A stretch of 64,000 nucleotides of DNA from an uncultured Alphaproteobacteria bacterium (GTDB lineage Bacteria > Pseudomonadota > Alphaproteobacteria > HIMB59 > GCA-002718135). Location: assembly GCA_902614395.1 (NCBI GenBank), contig CACMKW010000001.1, positions 164,199-228,198 of the forward strand. The letters are read 5' to 3'. A program made the translations under genes and the position numbers. Each line of letters begins with the position of its first letter. The first letter of the stretch is position 1. Positions 24,832 to 35,277 of the stretch are shown here, in pieces. The notes under the pieces were generated by a model. The model had not been told where the DNA came from. It searched no databases and was given only the letters and a program-made list of their open reading frames with translations.

Positions 24832-26199
24832 ATGGAAGAAATTATTATAAAAAAAGATCAGGATTCTTCATCTAAATCTGTTGAATTAGTATCTGATTAT
24901 TTAGAAAATTATAAATATGATAATGTTTTATCTTATTTAAAAGATATCCATAACGCTGATATTGCAGACATTCTTCAAAACTTAGATCCAGTTTTACGAC
25001 TAAGTCTTTTGAATATAATTGATAGAGATTTTGATCCTGAAATATTAACTTATTTAAATGATAGTGTAAGAGAAGAAATAATAGAAACTTTGGATATAAA
25101 ACAATTAGCTAATAATGCTAAAAGTTTAGATACTGATGATGCTGTCGATTTAGCAGAGGATTTAGAAGAAAAAGATCAAACTATATTCTTAGAAAATTTA
25201 GATAAAGAAGAACGCACATTGGTTGAAGAAGGATTAAAGTATCCTGAAGATTCTGCTGGAAGATTAATGCAAAGACAATTTGTTGCCGTAAATCAATCAT
25301 GGAATGTTGGTCAAGCAATTGATTATTTGAGAAATAATAAAACGAAACTACCTGAAGATTTCTATGACATTTATTTAATTAATAATAACCAAGAAGCAAA
25401 AGGGGTTGTTCCATTAGGAAGGTTAATGGGTTCAAAAAGAGAAGTAGAATTAAATTCAATAACAAATAAAGAATTAAGATTAATTGATGTAAATACAGAT
25501 CAGGAAGATGTAGCCTTATTATTTAATAAATACGGATTAGTTAGTGCTCCTGTTATCAATAATCGAAAAAAAATTATTGGATCTATTACAGTTGATGATG
25601 TTGTTGAAGTTATTGAAGAAGAAAGAGAGGAAGATATTTTAAAACTTGGAGGTGTTGATCATACAGATTTATATGAATCAGTTATTTCTACAACAAAATC
25701 AAGAATTTCGTGGTTAATTGTAAATTTAATGACAGCTGTAGTAGCTTCAATAGTTATAGGTTTGTTTGAAGCTGCTATAGAAAAAGTAGTAGCTTTAGCA
25801 ATTTTAATGCCAATTGTAGCCTCTATGGGCGCTAATGCTGGTACTCAAACTTTAACAGTTGCAGTAAGAGCTATTGCTGTGAAAGAACTTACAACTGGTA
25901 ATGCGATAAAAATAATAACCAAGGAAACTCTAATTGGTGGAATAAATGGTATCATATTCGCTATCATAATATCTTTAATTTCTATTTATTGGTTTGATAA
26001 TTTGCTTTTGGGTTTAATAATTGGTCTTGCTATGATTTTAAACTTACTAATCGCTGGTTTTTCAGGAATTGTAATACCACTAGTTTTAGATAAACTTAAA
26101 ATTGATCCTGCTTTAGCATCTGCAGTAATTTTGACTACAATAACAGATGTATTTGGCTTTCTTTCTTTTCTTGGATTAGCAACTTTATTTTTAATTTGA
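24832..26199 (+). CDS. mgtE: Magnesium transporter MgtE
   Basis: Start revised to ATG 24832, because the ORF-track start lies inside the tRNA. YPEDSAGRLM, CBS pair, MGANAGTQ, DPALAS..TTITDV. Confidence 0.95.
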   Translation: MEEIIIKKDQDSSSKSVELVSDYLENYKYDNVLSYLKDIHNADIADILQNLDPVLRLSLLNIIDRDFDPEILTYLNDSVREEIIETLDIKQLANNAKSLDTDDAVDLAEDLEEKDQTIFLENLDKEERTLVEEGLKYPEDSAGRLMQRQFVAVNQSWNVGQAIDYLRNNKTKLPEDFYDIYLINNNQEAKGVVPLGRLMGSKREVELNSITNKELRLIDVNTDQEDVALLFNKYGLVSAPVINNRKKIIGSITVDDVVEVIEEEREEDILKLGGVDHTDLYESVISTTKSRISWLIVNLMTAVVASIVIGLFEAAIEKVVALAILMPIVASMGANAGTQTLTVAVRAIAVKELTTGNAIKIITKETLIGGINGIIFAIIISLISIYWFDNLLLGLIIGLAMILNLLIAGFSGIVIPLVLDKLKIDPALASAVILTTITDVFGFLSFLGLATLFLI

Positions 26200-26222
26200 T
26201 CTGAGCTATTTAAGTTAAATCA

Positions 26223-27563
26223 ATGCTTAAAAAAAATGATCTGATAGATTACTTTTATAAAGGAATCAAAAATAAGAATGATTTACGCATAGGAGTAGAA
26301 CACGAGAAATTTGTTCTAAAAAAAGACAGTTTACATCAATTGTCTTATGAAGAACCCAATGGCATAAAAGATATTCTTTTAAAATTTGTAAATAAGGGAT
26401 GGAAAGCAAAGTATGATGATAAAAATACTACAATAATTGCGCTAGAAAGATTTGGTGAAAGTATAACTTTAGAACCAGGTGGTCAGATCGAATTATCTGG
26501 AGCACAATTAAAAAATATCCATCAAACCTGTACTGAAACTAATAGACATTTAAAAGAATTAAAAGATATTGGTGAAGAATTTGGCTTTATATTATTAGGA
26601 TTAGGTGTTGAGCCAAGTTTATCTCTTGATGAATTTCCTTGGATGCCAAAACAAAGATATTCAATAATGAAAAAATATATGCCCAAAGTTGGTACTCTGG
26701 GACATCACATGATGAAACGCACATGTACAAACCAAGTAAATTTGGATTATCATTCCGAAGAAGATATGATTGCTAAGTATAGATTAATGTTAAATCTTGA
26801 AGGTATAGCAACTGCAATATTTGCTAACTCACCTTTTGATCAAAAGCAAGTTTCTAAATATAAGAGTTTAAGATCTCATTTTTGGCATCACACAGACAAA
26901 GATAGAACAGGTTTATTGCCATTTGTTTTTGATAAAGATTTTAATTTTGAAAAATATGCGGAGTATGCTCTAGATGTACCAATGTATTTTGTAATTAAAA
27001 ATCATAAATATATAAATATGACCAATTATACTTTTAGAGATTTTATGAAAAATAATATTTCTAAAGATTTAAACATTGAACCTACTATAGAAGATTGGGT
27101 AAACCATTTATCAACTCTATTTCCTCAAGTTAGATTAAAGCAATTCCTAGAAATTCGTTCTATGGACGCATGTACATGGAATTTAATATGTTCTCAGCCT
27201 GCTTTTTGGATTGGTATTTTATACAATGATGAAGCTATTGATAAAACAAATGAAATTGTTGAAGGTTGGACCCAAAATGATAGAAATTTAATAAATAATT
27301 TAGCCCCACTAGAAGGTTTACAAACAAAATTCAAAAATAGTGATCTTTTAGATATTGCTCAAAAATTGTTTGAAATTTCAAAATCAGGTTTAGATAAAAG
27401 AAATATTCTAGTAAAAAATGAAAAATATAACGAAACATTTTATCTAAAAGATTTAGAACAAAATCTATCAAATGGTCATTCACCAGCTGATTTATTAATC
27501 AATAAATATAATGATAAATGGAAAAAAAATATTAAAAAAATATATGAGGAAGAAATTTTCTAA
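26223..27563 (+). CDS. gshA: Glutamate--cysteine ligase (GCS2/alphaproteobacterial type)
   Basis: IGVEHEKF, ITLEPGGQIELSG, WMPKQRY, QVNLD, FANSPF; next to gshB. Confidence 0.93.
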   Translation: MLKKNDLIDYFYKGIKNKNDLRIGVEHEKFVLKKDSLHQLSYEEPNGIKDILLKFVNKGWKAKYDDKNTTIIALERFGESITLEPGGQIELSGAQLKNIHQTCTETNRHLKELKDIGEEFGFILLGLGVEPSLSLDEFPWMPKQRYSIMKKYMPKVGTLGHHMMKRTCTNQVNLDYHSEEDMIAKYRLMLNLEGIATAIFANSPFDQKQVSKYKSLRSHFWHHTDKDRTGLLPFVFDKDFNFEKYAEYALDVPMYFVIKNHKYINMTNYTFRDFMKNNISKDLNIEPTIEDWVNHLSTLFPQVRLKQFLEIRSMDACTWNLICSQPAFWIGILYNDEAIDKTNEIVEGWTQNDRNLINNLAPLEGLQTKFKNSDLLDIAQKLFEISKSGLDKRNILVKNEKYNETFYLKDLEQNLSNGHSPADLLINKYNDKWKKNIKKIYEEEIF

Positions 27564-28501
27564 TGAAAAAAAGTATAGCAATCCAAATGGATAATATTGA
27601 AACGATTGATTATGAATTCGATACATCTTTTTTAATAGGTTATGAGGCACAAGAAAGAGGTTATGATATTTTTTATTACAATCCAAAAGATTTATTCATA
27701 AAAGAAAATACTATTCGAGCATCTGGTTATTATTTAGAGCTACAGCTAGACGAAAAAAATTATTTTAATTTTATATCTAATAAAATAATTGTAAAATTGG
27801 AGGATTTTCAATTTGTCTTTTTAAGACAGGACCCTCCTTTTGATATGAATTATATTACATCGACTTATATTTTGGACTTACTTCCATCTTCAACAATTGT
27901 TGTAAATGATTCAACAGCAGTTAGAAATTCTACTGAAAAATTATTTACATTTAATTTTAAAGAATTTATGCCGCCCACTTTGGTAACAAAAGATTTAAAA
28001 ATTATTGAAGAATTTTTAGATAAAGAAGAAGATATTATAACCAAACCACTTTATGGTAATGGAGGAGAGGGTATACATAGATTTGATAAAACTAATTTCA
28101 ATTCTAAAATATTAGAGGAATATTTATACTTGCCTATAATGGTACAAAAATTTATCAATGAGATAGAGCATGGTGACAGGAGAATTATTTTTTTTGATGG
28201 TGAATATTTTGGTTCAGTTGCCAGAATACCACAAGAAGGTAATTTAAAGGCAAATTTTCATGCTGGCGGTAAGGCAAGTAAAACTGACCTAGTTTATAGG
28301 GACCAAGAAATTATCAAAAATTTGGGACCAAAACTAAAAGAACATAATCTCTTTTTTGTTGGAATTGATATAATTGGAAATTATCTAACAGAAATAAACG
28401 TAACTTCACCTACAGGATTGAAGCAAATTAATGCATTAAACAATGTAAAATTAGAGAAAGATTTTTGGGATAAGCTTGAAGCAAAATATAAATTAGTTTA
28501 A
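27563..28501 (+). CDS. gshB: Glutathione synthetase
   Basis: IAIQMD, LRQDPPFDMNYI, KPLYGNGG, TEINVTSPTG. Confidence 0.96.
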   Translation: MKKSIAIQMDNIETIDYEFDTSFLIGYEAQERGYDIFYYNPKDLFIKENTIRASGYYLELQLDEKNYFNFISNKIIVKLEDFQFVFLRQDPPFDMNYITSTYILDLLPSSTIVVNDSTAVRNSTEKLFTFNFKEFMPPTLVTKDLKIIEEFLDKEEDIITKPLYGNGGEGIHRFDKTNFNSKILEEYLYLPIMVQKFINEIEHGDRRIIFFDGEYFGSVARIPQEGNLKANFHAGGKASKTDLVYRDQEIIKNLGPKLKEHNLFFVGIDIIGNYLTEINVTSPTGLKQINALNNVKLEKDFWDKLEAKYKLV

Positions 28502-28524
28502 TTATAATTTTTAAAGGAAAACAT

Positions 28525-29091
28525 ATGCACGAAAATAGAATTTTAATACACAAACTAAAAAATTTTGAAAATATAAATTCAAATTTTCTTATAATAACAT
28601 TAATGTTATTTGGTTCAATTTTATTAGCGATTTCCGCTAAAGTTCAAGTACCATTTTGGCCAGTGCCAATGACAATGCAGACGTTTGTCATATTCTTAAT
28701 AGGAATGACATATAGTGTAAGATTATCTTTTGCTACAGTTGCTTTTTACCTTTTTCAAGGAGCTATAGGACTTCCTGTTTTTGCAGCCGGTGGCGGAGTT
28801 GCTTATTTAGTTGGACCAACAGCAGGATATCTTTATGGTATGTTATTTGCATCTATCGTTATAAGTTATTTAGCAAATTTAGGTTTCAGCAAAACATATT
28901 TTAAAGCTACAGTATCTCTACTAATTGGTTCTGCTATTATATTTTCATTTGGCATCATCTATCTTGGTTATATCATTGGTTTCGAAAAAGCAGTAGCTGC
29001 TGGTCTTTTACCATTTATTCCAAGTGAATTGTTTAAAATTGCATTGGCAGTTGCATTGATCCCAACTTTACACAAAATTATTACAAAATAA
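28525..29091 (+). CDS. bioY: Biotin transporter BioY (no ECF partners adjacent)
   Basis: PVPMTMQT, GLPVFA, GPTAGYLYG, PFIPSELFK. Confidence 0.92.
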   Translation: MHENRILIHKLKNFENINSNFLIITLMLFGSILLAISAKVQVPFWPVPMTMQTFVIFLIGMTYSVRLSFATVAFYLFQGAIGLPVFAAGGGVAYLVGPTAGYLYGMLFASIVISYLANLGFSKTYFKATVSLLIGSAIIFSFGIIYLGYIIGFEKAVAAGLLPFIPSELFKIALAVALIPTLHKIITK

Positions 29092-29097
29092 TAATTA

Positions 29098-29988
29098 ATG
29101 AAAATAGGTATTGATGTAGGCGGTACCAAAACTGAGGGTATTCTATTAGATCCAAATGGAACTGAAGTAGATAGAAAAAGAATTAATACTGAAAAAAATT
29201 ATGATGGAACAATTAATGGAATAGTCTCCATTATAAATCATTTTGAAGATAAGCATGGCAAAGCAGAATCTGTTGGTATGGGAATGCCAGGGGCCATATC
29301 AAATGATACAGCTTTAATTAAAAATGCTAATTCTATATGGTTAAATGGAAAACCATTTAAGCAAGATTTGGATAAAATTCTTAATAGAAATATTAATATA
29401 GAAAATGATGCTAATTGTTTCACACTGTCTGAAGCAGTAGATGGAGCAGGAAAAGGTTATCAAGTTGTTTTTGGAGTAATCATCGGAACAGGTGTTGGTG
29501 GTGGTATTAGCATTGATCAAAAAGTTATAAGAGGGCGAAATAGTATAAGCGGGGAATGGGGCCATATAGTACTACCAGGTAGAACTGAAGAAGAAAAAAA
29601 ATATGTAAAAAAATGTTATTGTGGGAAAAATGGTTGTTTAGAAACTTACATATCTGGCCCAGGATTTTCATCGGCTTATAACTTGCGTTTCAATAAAAAT
29701 TATAATTCACATCAGATATTAGAGGGTTTTATTAATAATGAAGAAAATAGTATTTTTGCATTAAATCAATACATTGATCATTTAGCTAGAGGTTTATCTG
29801 TTGTATGTAATATCCTTGATCCAGATGTAATAGTTTTGGGTGGTGGTATGTCCAACATAGATTTTATTTATGAAAATATAAATGATACTTTAAAAAAATA
29901 TGTTTTTACTGATACGCTAGAAACTAAAGTTGTTAAAAATGTTTATGGGGATTCAAGTGGTGTAAGGGGAGCTGCTTGGCTCTCTTAA
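29098..29988 (+). CDS. ROK-family sugar kinase (Mak/fructokinase-like)
   Basis: IGIDVGGTK, ENDANCF, GEWGH, CYCGKNGCLE, GDSSGVRGAAWL. Confidence 0.88.
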   Translation: MKIGIDVGGTKTEGILLDPNGTEVDRKRINTEKNYDGTINGIVSIINHFEDKHGKAESVGMGMPGAISNDTALIKNANSIWLNGKPFKQDLDKILNRNINIENDANCFTLSEAVDGAGKGYQVVFGVIIGTGVGGGISIDQKVIRGRNSISGEWGHIVLPGRTEEEKKYVKKCYCGKNGCLETYISGPGFSSAYNLRFNKNYNSHQILEGFINNEENSIFALNQYIDHLARGLSVVCNILDPDVIVLGGGMSNIDFIYENINDTLKKYVFTDTLETKVVKNVYGDSSGVRGAAWLS

Positions 29989-31436
29989 ATACCGCCCATT
30001 GAAATATATTTTATAGTTAAATAATCATCAAGGCCATATCGAGAACCTTCTCTTCCCATTCCTGATTCTTTTACACCCCCAAAAGGAACTTCTGCAATTG
30101 TTGGTAGTCCATTATTAATAGATACAATGCCATATTCAAGTGCTTCGGCAACTCTCCAAATTCTTCCTATGTCTCTTGAATAGAAATATGAAGCTAATCC
30201 ATAAGGAGTATCATTAGCCATTTTAATCACTTCATCATCACTGGAAAATTTATAAAGAGGAGCAACAGGTCCAAATGTTTCTTCAAAAGTTATTTTTGCC
30301 TTTGTAGATACATTAGAGAGAACAGTTGGTTGATAGAAATTACCACCAAGCGAATGCACATCTCCACCAATTGCTATTTTAGCTCCTGTATTAACTGCGT
30401 CTTGTACATGATCAACTACTTTTTCTAAAGAGGATTGATCAATTAAAGGACCAGATGTAATTCCGTCTTCAAGTCCATTGCCTACTGTTATTTTACTGAC
30501 TTCATTTGTAAATTTTTCCAGGAATTCATCATAAATATTTTCATGCACAAATATTCTATTTGAACAAATACATGTTTGACCACTATTTCTAAATTTACTT
30601 TGAAGAGCTCCTGCAACAGCTTCATCCATATTTGCATCATCAAAAACAATAAATGGTGCGTGACCACCAAGTTCCATAGAAACTTTTTTTACTGTTGAGG
30701 CACTTTGCTCTAAAAGTATTTTTCCAACCTCCGTAGATCCAGTAAAAGAAATTTTTCTAACAATAGGATTGCTTGTTAGTTCTTTACCAATTTCACTTGC
30801 TGATCCAGTTATTACATTAAATACACCATCTGGAAAACCAGCTTCCTTAGCAAGTACTGCTAAAGCTAATGCTGAATAGGGTGTTTGGCTTGCTGGTTTA
30901 ACAACAGTAGTACAACCAACTGCTAGAGCGGCTGCACATTTTCTTGTTATCATTGAATTTGGAAAATTCCATGGAGTTATTGCTCCAACAACACCAACAG
31001 GTTGTTTAATTATTACAATTCTTTTTCCTGGTCTTGGATCAGGAACTATATCACCATACACTCTTTTTGCTTCTTCAGCATAGAATTCAATATATGAAGC
31101 ACCCATTAGTATTTCACCTTTTGCTTCAGCCAGAGGTTTACCTTGCTCAATAGTCATTATTTTAGCTAAATCATCTGCATTTTCTGTGATGAGTTCTCCC
31201 CACTTTTTTAGAATCATTGATCTTTCTTTCGCAGTAGTCTCTTTCCAAGTTTGGAAAGCAGTATTCGCATCTTCTATAGCTTTTTTAGTTTCTGAAACTG
31301 AGCATTTTGGGACGTTGCCAATAATTTCAAGAGAAGCTGGATTATTAACCTCAAGAGTTTCACCTGAAGAACTTTCAACCCATTCCCCATTTATAAAACA
31401 TTTTTGTTTAAAGAGTGATTTGTTATTTAATTCCAT
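29985..31436 (-). CDS. gabD: NAD(P)-dependent succinate-semialdehyde dehydrogenase family (GabD/DoeC-like)
   Basis: ITPWNFP, FTGSTEVG, MELGGHAP, FRNSGQTC, EETFGP, GREGS. Confidence 0.8.
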   Translation of the reverse strand: MELNNKSLFKQKCFINGEWVESSSGETLEVNNPASLEIIGNVPKCSVSETKKAIEDANTAFQTWKETTAKERSMILKKWGELITENADDLAKIMTIEQGKPLAEAKGEILMGASYIEFYAEEAKRVYGDIVPDPRPGKRIVIIKQPVGVVGAITPWNFPNSMITRKCAAALAVGCTTVVKPASQTPYSALALAVLAKEAGFPDGVFNVITGSASEIGKELTSNPIVRKISFTGSTEVGKILLEQSASTVKKVSMELGGHAPFIVFDDANMDEAVAGALQSKFRNSGQTCICSNRIFVHENIYDEFLEKFTNEVSKITVGNGLEDGITSGPLIDQSSLEKVVDHVQDAVNTGAKIAIGGDVHSLGGNFYQPTVLSNVSTKAKITFEETFGPVAPLYKFSSDDEVIKMANDTPYGLASYFYSRDIGRIWRVAEALEYGIVSINNGLPTIAEVPFGGVKESGMGREGSRYGLDDYLTIKYISMGGI

Positions 31437-31479
31437 ATGTTTTAATTATAATGCATAGTTTTAAATTAAGGAAAATATA

Positions 31480-32583
31480 ATGACAATAGTTAATTCTTGG
31501 AATGAATGGGATCCATTAAAACATGTTATAGTTGGGGCAGTTGAAAAAGCCAACATACCTCCAATGGAACCAGCGCTTGAACCAAAAATTAGTAAAGATA
31601 GTGGTATGGCAGGATCTCACGGACCACGATCGAAGGAGTCAATTGATAAAGCAAATATACAACTAGAAAACTTTGTTAAAATTTTAAATTCCCTAAATAT
31701 AAAAGTTGATAGACCAACAGCTATTGACTTTTCTCAGAGTATCGAGACACCCGATTGGTCTAATGATGGTATGTTTGGTTGTATGCCTCCTAGAGATGTT
31801 ATTCTTACTGTAGGAAATGAGATGCTAGAGGCGCCCATGTCTTACAGATGTAGATGGTTTGAGTACCTTGCTTATAGACCACTACTTGAAAAATATTATT
31901 CAGAAGATAAAAATATGAGATGGGAGTCGGCACCTAAACCAAGATTAACAAACCAATCTTATAAGTCTAATTATCTTCCTGAAGGCATAACGGAGGAAGA
32001 ACGATATAAAAAAATCGAAAATAGAGACATGATATTGACAGAAAAAGAACCACTTTTTGATGCAGCAGAAATTTTACGCTTTGGAAAAGATCTCTTTTAT
32101 CATAACAATTTTACATCAAATTTAAGCGGTTTAGATTGGTTAAGAAGACATTATCCAAATCATCGCATTCATCAAATTAATTTACCAGGTGATTTAATTC
32201 CAACTCACATAGATGCATGTTTTACTCCTATTAAACCAGGAGTTATAATCATTAATCCAAATAGAAAAATATCATCAGAGCAAAGAAAAATTTTCGATGA
32301 TAATAAATGGGAAATTCATGAAGCAGCACCTTCCATTCATAATAGTCCACCACCTATGTGTTATTCATCAATCTGGTTATCAATGAACGTTTTGATAATT
32401 GATCCTAAAACTATATGTGTTGAAGCAACTGAAGAAAAAATGATTAAACAAATGGAAAGTTTTGGATTGGAGGTTATCCCAGTTCCTTTTAGAGACGTTT
32501 ATGCGTTTGGTGGTAGTTTACATTGTGCCACTACTGATGTTTACAGAGAAGGTGAGTGTGAGGATTATTTTCCAAATCAATAA
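31480..32583 (+). CDS. Amidinotransferase (glycine/inosamine-phosphate amidinotransferase family)
   Basis: NSWNEWDPLKHVIVG, PPRD, FDAAE, HIDA, GGSLHC: the Asp-His-Cys triad is intact. Confidence 0.88.
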   Translation: MTIVNSWNEWDPLKHVIVGAVEKANIPPMEPALEPKISKDSGMAGSHGPRSKESIDKANIQLENFVKILNSLNIKVDRPTAIDFSQSIETPDWSNDGMFGCMPPRDVILTVGNEMLEAPMSYRCRWFEYLAYRPLLEKYYSEDKNMRWESAPKPRLTNQSYKSNYLPEGITEEERYKKIENRDMILTEKEPLFDAAEILRFGKDLFYHNNFTSNLSGLDWLRRHYPNHRIHQINLPGDLIPTHIDACFTPIKPGVIIINPNRKISSEQRKIFDDNKWEIHEAAPSIHNSPPPMCYSSIWLSMNVLIIDPKTICVEATEEKMIKQMESFGLEVIPVPFRDVYAFGGSLHCATTDVYREGECEDYFPNQ

Positions 32584-33338
32584 TGGATAGTTTTAATCAA
32601 AATAATATTAAAGCCAATTTACATGATACAAACTTTTCTAGAATTGGTATAATTACATTATCAACTGATTTTACTATTGAGCAGGATTTTAGAAAAATTT
32701 GCCATAATTTACCAGTTGATCTATTTTTTAATAGGATACCTTTTTTAAATCCTCTAACTCATGAAAATTATATGAGGATGGCTGATCATATTACAGAAAC
32801 AACAAACCAAATATTACCCAATGAAAAAATACAAGTTGTAGCGTATGGATGTACTTCGGGTACTATTGAGATTGGTGAAAAAAGAATAAGATCTGAAATT
32901 TTCAAAGCTAAACCTGATGCTTTAATTACGACACCTATTACAGCAGCTGTCAAAGCACTTAAATTGCTTAATCATAAAAAAATTGCTGTTCTTACCCCTT
33001 ATCCAAAAGATGTTAATATTAAAGTTTACGAATATTTAATTGATAGTGGATTTAAAATTAAATCATTTAGTTCGTTTAATTTAAATTATGATTCAGAAAT
33101 TGCCAAAGTTACTCACGACAGTTTAATGCAAACAATTTCCTCAATTGATTTAACAGATGTTGATAGTATTTTTGTTTCTTGTACTGCATTAAAAGTAATT
33201 GATATTATCGAAACATTAGAGTCAAAATTAAGCACAGATATTATTTCAAGTAATCAAGCTATTATTTGGGATTCATTAAGATTATCTAATATTAATCAAA
33301 AAATTGATGGTTTTGGTAACCTATTTAAATTACATTAA
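32583..33338 (+). CDS. eutA: EutA-like Asp/Glu racemase / maleate isomerase family protein
   Basis: RIGIITLSTD, YGCTSG, LTPY, FVSCTAL, SSNQA; two catalytic Cys; directly precedes eutB/eutC homologs. Confidence 0.7.
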   Translation: MDSFNQNNIKANLHDTNFSRIGIITLSTDFTIEQDFRKICHNLPVDLFFNRIPFLNPLTHENYMRMADHITETTNQILPNEKIQVVAYGCTSGTIEIGEKRIRSEIFKAKPDALITTPITAAVKALKLLNHKKIAVLTPYPKDVNIKVYEYLIDSGFKIKSFSSFNLNYDSEIAKVTHDSLMQTISSIDLTDVDSIFVSCTALKVIDIIETLESKLSTDIISSNQAIIWDSLRLSNINQKIDGFGNLFKLH

Positions 33339-33350
33339 ATAGGGTTTAAA

Positions 33351-34313
33351 TTGATTACACTTCAACAAATACAAGATGCACATAAGAAAATTTTACCTTA
33401 TGTTAATTATACACCATTAATTAATTCTAACTTCTTATCAAAAAGTAATAAAGTAAAACTAAAGTTAGAAAATTTTCAAATCACTGGTTCATTTAAGTTA
33501 AGAGGTGCGGTTAATAAGCTTCTTTCTTTAAATGAAGATGACAAAAGCAAAGGAGTCATTGCAGTTTCTACAGGCAATCACGGCAAAGGCGTTGCTTATG
33601 CTTCAAAGGTATTGGGCATTCAATCAACAATATATATGTCTTCAATGGTTCCAGAATATAGAAAAGAAGCTATTGAAAAATTAGGAGCAAAAGTAGAAAT
33701 TATTGGAAAGAATAGTGATGAAGCAGATTTGTATGCTAAACAAATTGCGAAAGAAAAAAATATCCCATTAATTCATCCTTTTGATGATGAAGATATTATT
33801 ATTGGTCAAGGTACAGTTGGCCTTGAAATGCTTAATGAGTTTCCTGAAGTTGATACTGTAATAATACCAACATCTGGAGGTGGTCTTATATCTGGAATAG
33901 CACAAGCTATTAAACTTCAAAAACCTGACACAAAAATTATCGCCGTATCTATGGAAAGAGGTCCTTCAATGTATGAAAGTCTAAAAAAAGGCAGACCTGT
34001 TGATGTAGAGGAAATTGAAACTTTAGCTGATTGTCTAGGGGGTAGTATTGGCTTAGATAATAAATTTACATTTAATATTGTACAACAATACGTTGATGAC
34101 TTTGTTTTAGTAAGTGAAGAAAAAATAGCTGAGGGAATTAGAATAAATTTTTTAGAACATAAAATTGTATCTGAAGGTGCTGCAGCAACTAGCGTAATGG
34201 TTGTTAAAGAAAAACTAACATCGCACTTAGGAAAAAATATAATCTGTTTAATTTGTGGTGGAAATATTGACTCGGAACTATTTAACAAAGTTTTAAGCTA
34301 TGCTCATCCTTAA
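33351..34313 (+). CDS. eutB: EutB-like PLP threonine-dehydratase family (hydroxyectoine utilization dehydratase)
   Basis: KLENFQITGSFKLRGA, STGNHG, SGGGL, TLADCLGG, EGAAA. Confidence 0.75.
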   Translation: MITLQQIQDAHKKILPYVNYTPLINSNFLSKSNKVKLKLENFQITGSFKLRGAVNKLLSLNEDDKSKGVIAVSTGNHGKGVAYASKVLGIQSTIYMSSMVPEYRKEAIEKLGAKVEIIGKNSDEADLYAKQIAKEKNIPLIHPFDDEDIIIGQGTVGLEMLNEFPEVDTVIIPTSGGGLISGIAQAIKLQKPDTKIIAVSMERGPSMYESLKKGRPVDVEEIETLADCLGGSIGLDNKFTFNIVQQYVDDFVLVSEEKIAEGIRINFLEHKIVSEGAAATSVMVVKEKLTSHLGKNIICLICGGNIDSELFNKVLSYAHP

Positions 34314-35274
34314 TAAAAATGATATTATTCAACATGTAAATTTGAATAAAAATCTCATACCAATAATAGAGGAGGCTTTTATAAGTTTATCAAAAAAATT
34401 GGTAATGATGCCACCTATAATGAGAATTGATATTGAAAAATATCATGGTGAATCTGATGTTAAAGCTGCATACGTTGAGGGTCTTGATAGTTTTGCAATA
34501 AAAATTGCTTCAGGTTTTTTTGATAATCCAAAACTTGGTCTACCATCTAGTAATGGACTGATGGTTTTATTAGATTCAAAGACTGGTGTTGTAAAATCTG
34601 TTCTATTGGATGAAGGTTATCTTACAGATACTAGAACAGCTATAGCAGGAGCAATAGCTACAAAATATTTATCAAATCAAAATGCTAATTCTGTTGGTAT
34701 TATTGGAGCTGGAATACAAGCCAAATTACAACTTCAAGCAATAATGTTAGTTAGAAAAATCAAAAAAATAATAGTCTGGACAAGAGATGAGACAAAAGCA
34801 AACCAATTTATCGAAGGTTTTAAAGATTTAGATTTAGATTTGCATGTAGCTTCTTCTTGCAAGGAGTTGGCAAGCTTATCAGAAATAATCGTTACAACGA
34901 CTCCTAGTAAAAAACCGCTTTTGGAATTTGATTGGATAATTAAAGGAACTCACATAACAGCAATGGGATCAGATACAGAACAAAAAAACGAATTAGATCC
35001 TCAGATGTTAAAACATTGCGATCAATATGTACCTGACAATCAATTACAAACAAGTGTTTTGGGTGAATTACATCATGCTTTAAAACAAAATATAATTTCT
35101 TCTAAAGAAAAATTTAATGAACTTGGCGATATTATTAACGATCCAAGCTTAGGAAGAAAAAATAAAGAGGATATAACAATATGTGATTTGACAGGAACTG
35201 GCGTACAAGATACTGCAATAGCAAGATTTGCTTATAATCTTTGTAAAACAAATAATTTAGGCATCAATATTTAA
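34300..35274 (+). CDS. eutC: EutC-like ornithine cyclodeaminase/mu-crystallin family protein
   Basis: MPPIMR..GESDVKAAY, GFFDNPKLGLPSSNGLM, GYLTDTRTA, CDLTGTGVQD. Confidence 0.8.
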   Translation: MLILNKNDIIQHVNLNKNLIPIIEEAFISLSKKLVMMPPIMRIDIEKYHGESDVKAAYVEGLDSFAIKIASGFFDNPKLGLPSSNGLMVLLDSKTGVVKSVLLDEGYLTDTRTAIAGAIATKYLSNQNANSVGIIGAGIQAKLQLQAIMLVRKIKKIIVWTRDETKANQFIEGFKDLDLDLHVASSCKELASLSEIIVTTTPSKKPLLEFDWIIKGTHITAMGSDTEQKNELDPQMLKHCDQYVPDNQLQTSVLGELHHALKQNIISSKEKFNELGDIINDPSLGRKNKEDITICDLTGTGVQDTAIARFAYNLCKTNNLGINI

Positions 35275-35277
35275 TTT

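Noticed and set aside
24739-29988. tRNA-anchored genomic island
   Set aside because: No integrase, no duplicated tRNA 3' end was noticed, and the downstream genes are housekeeping.
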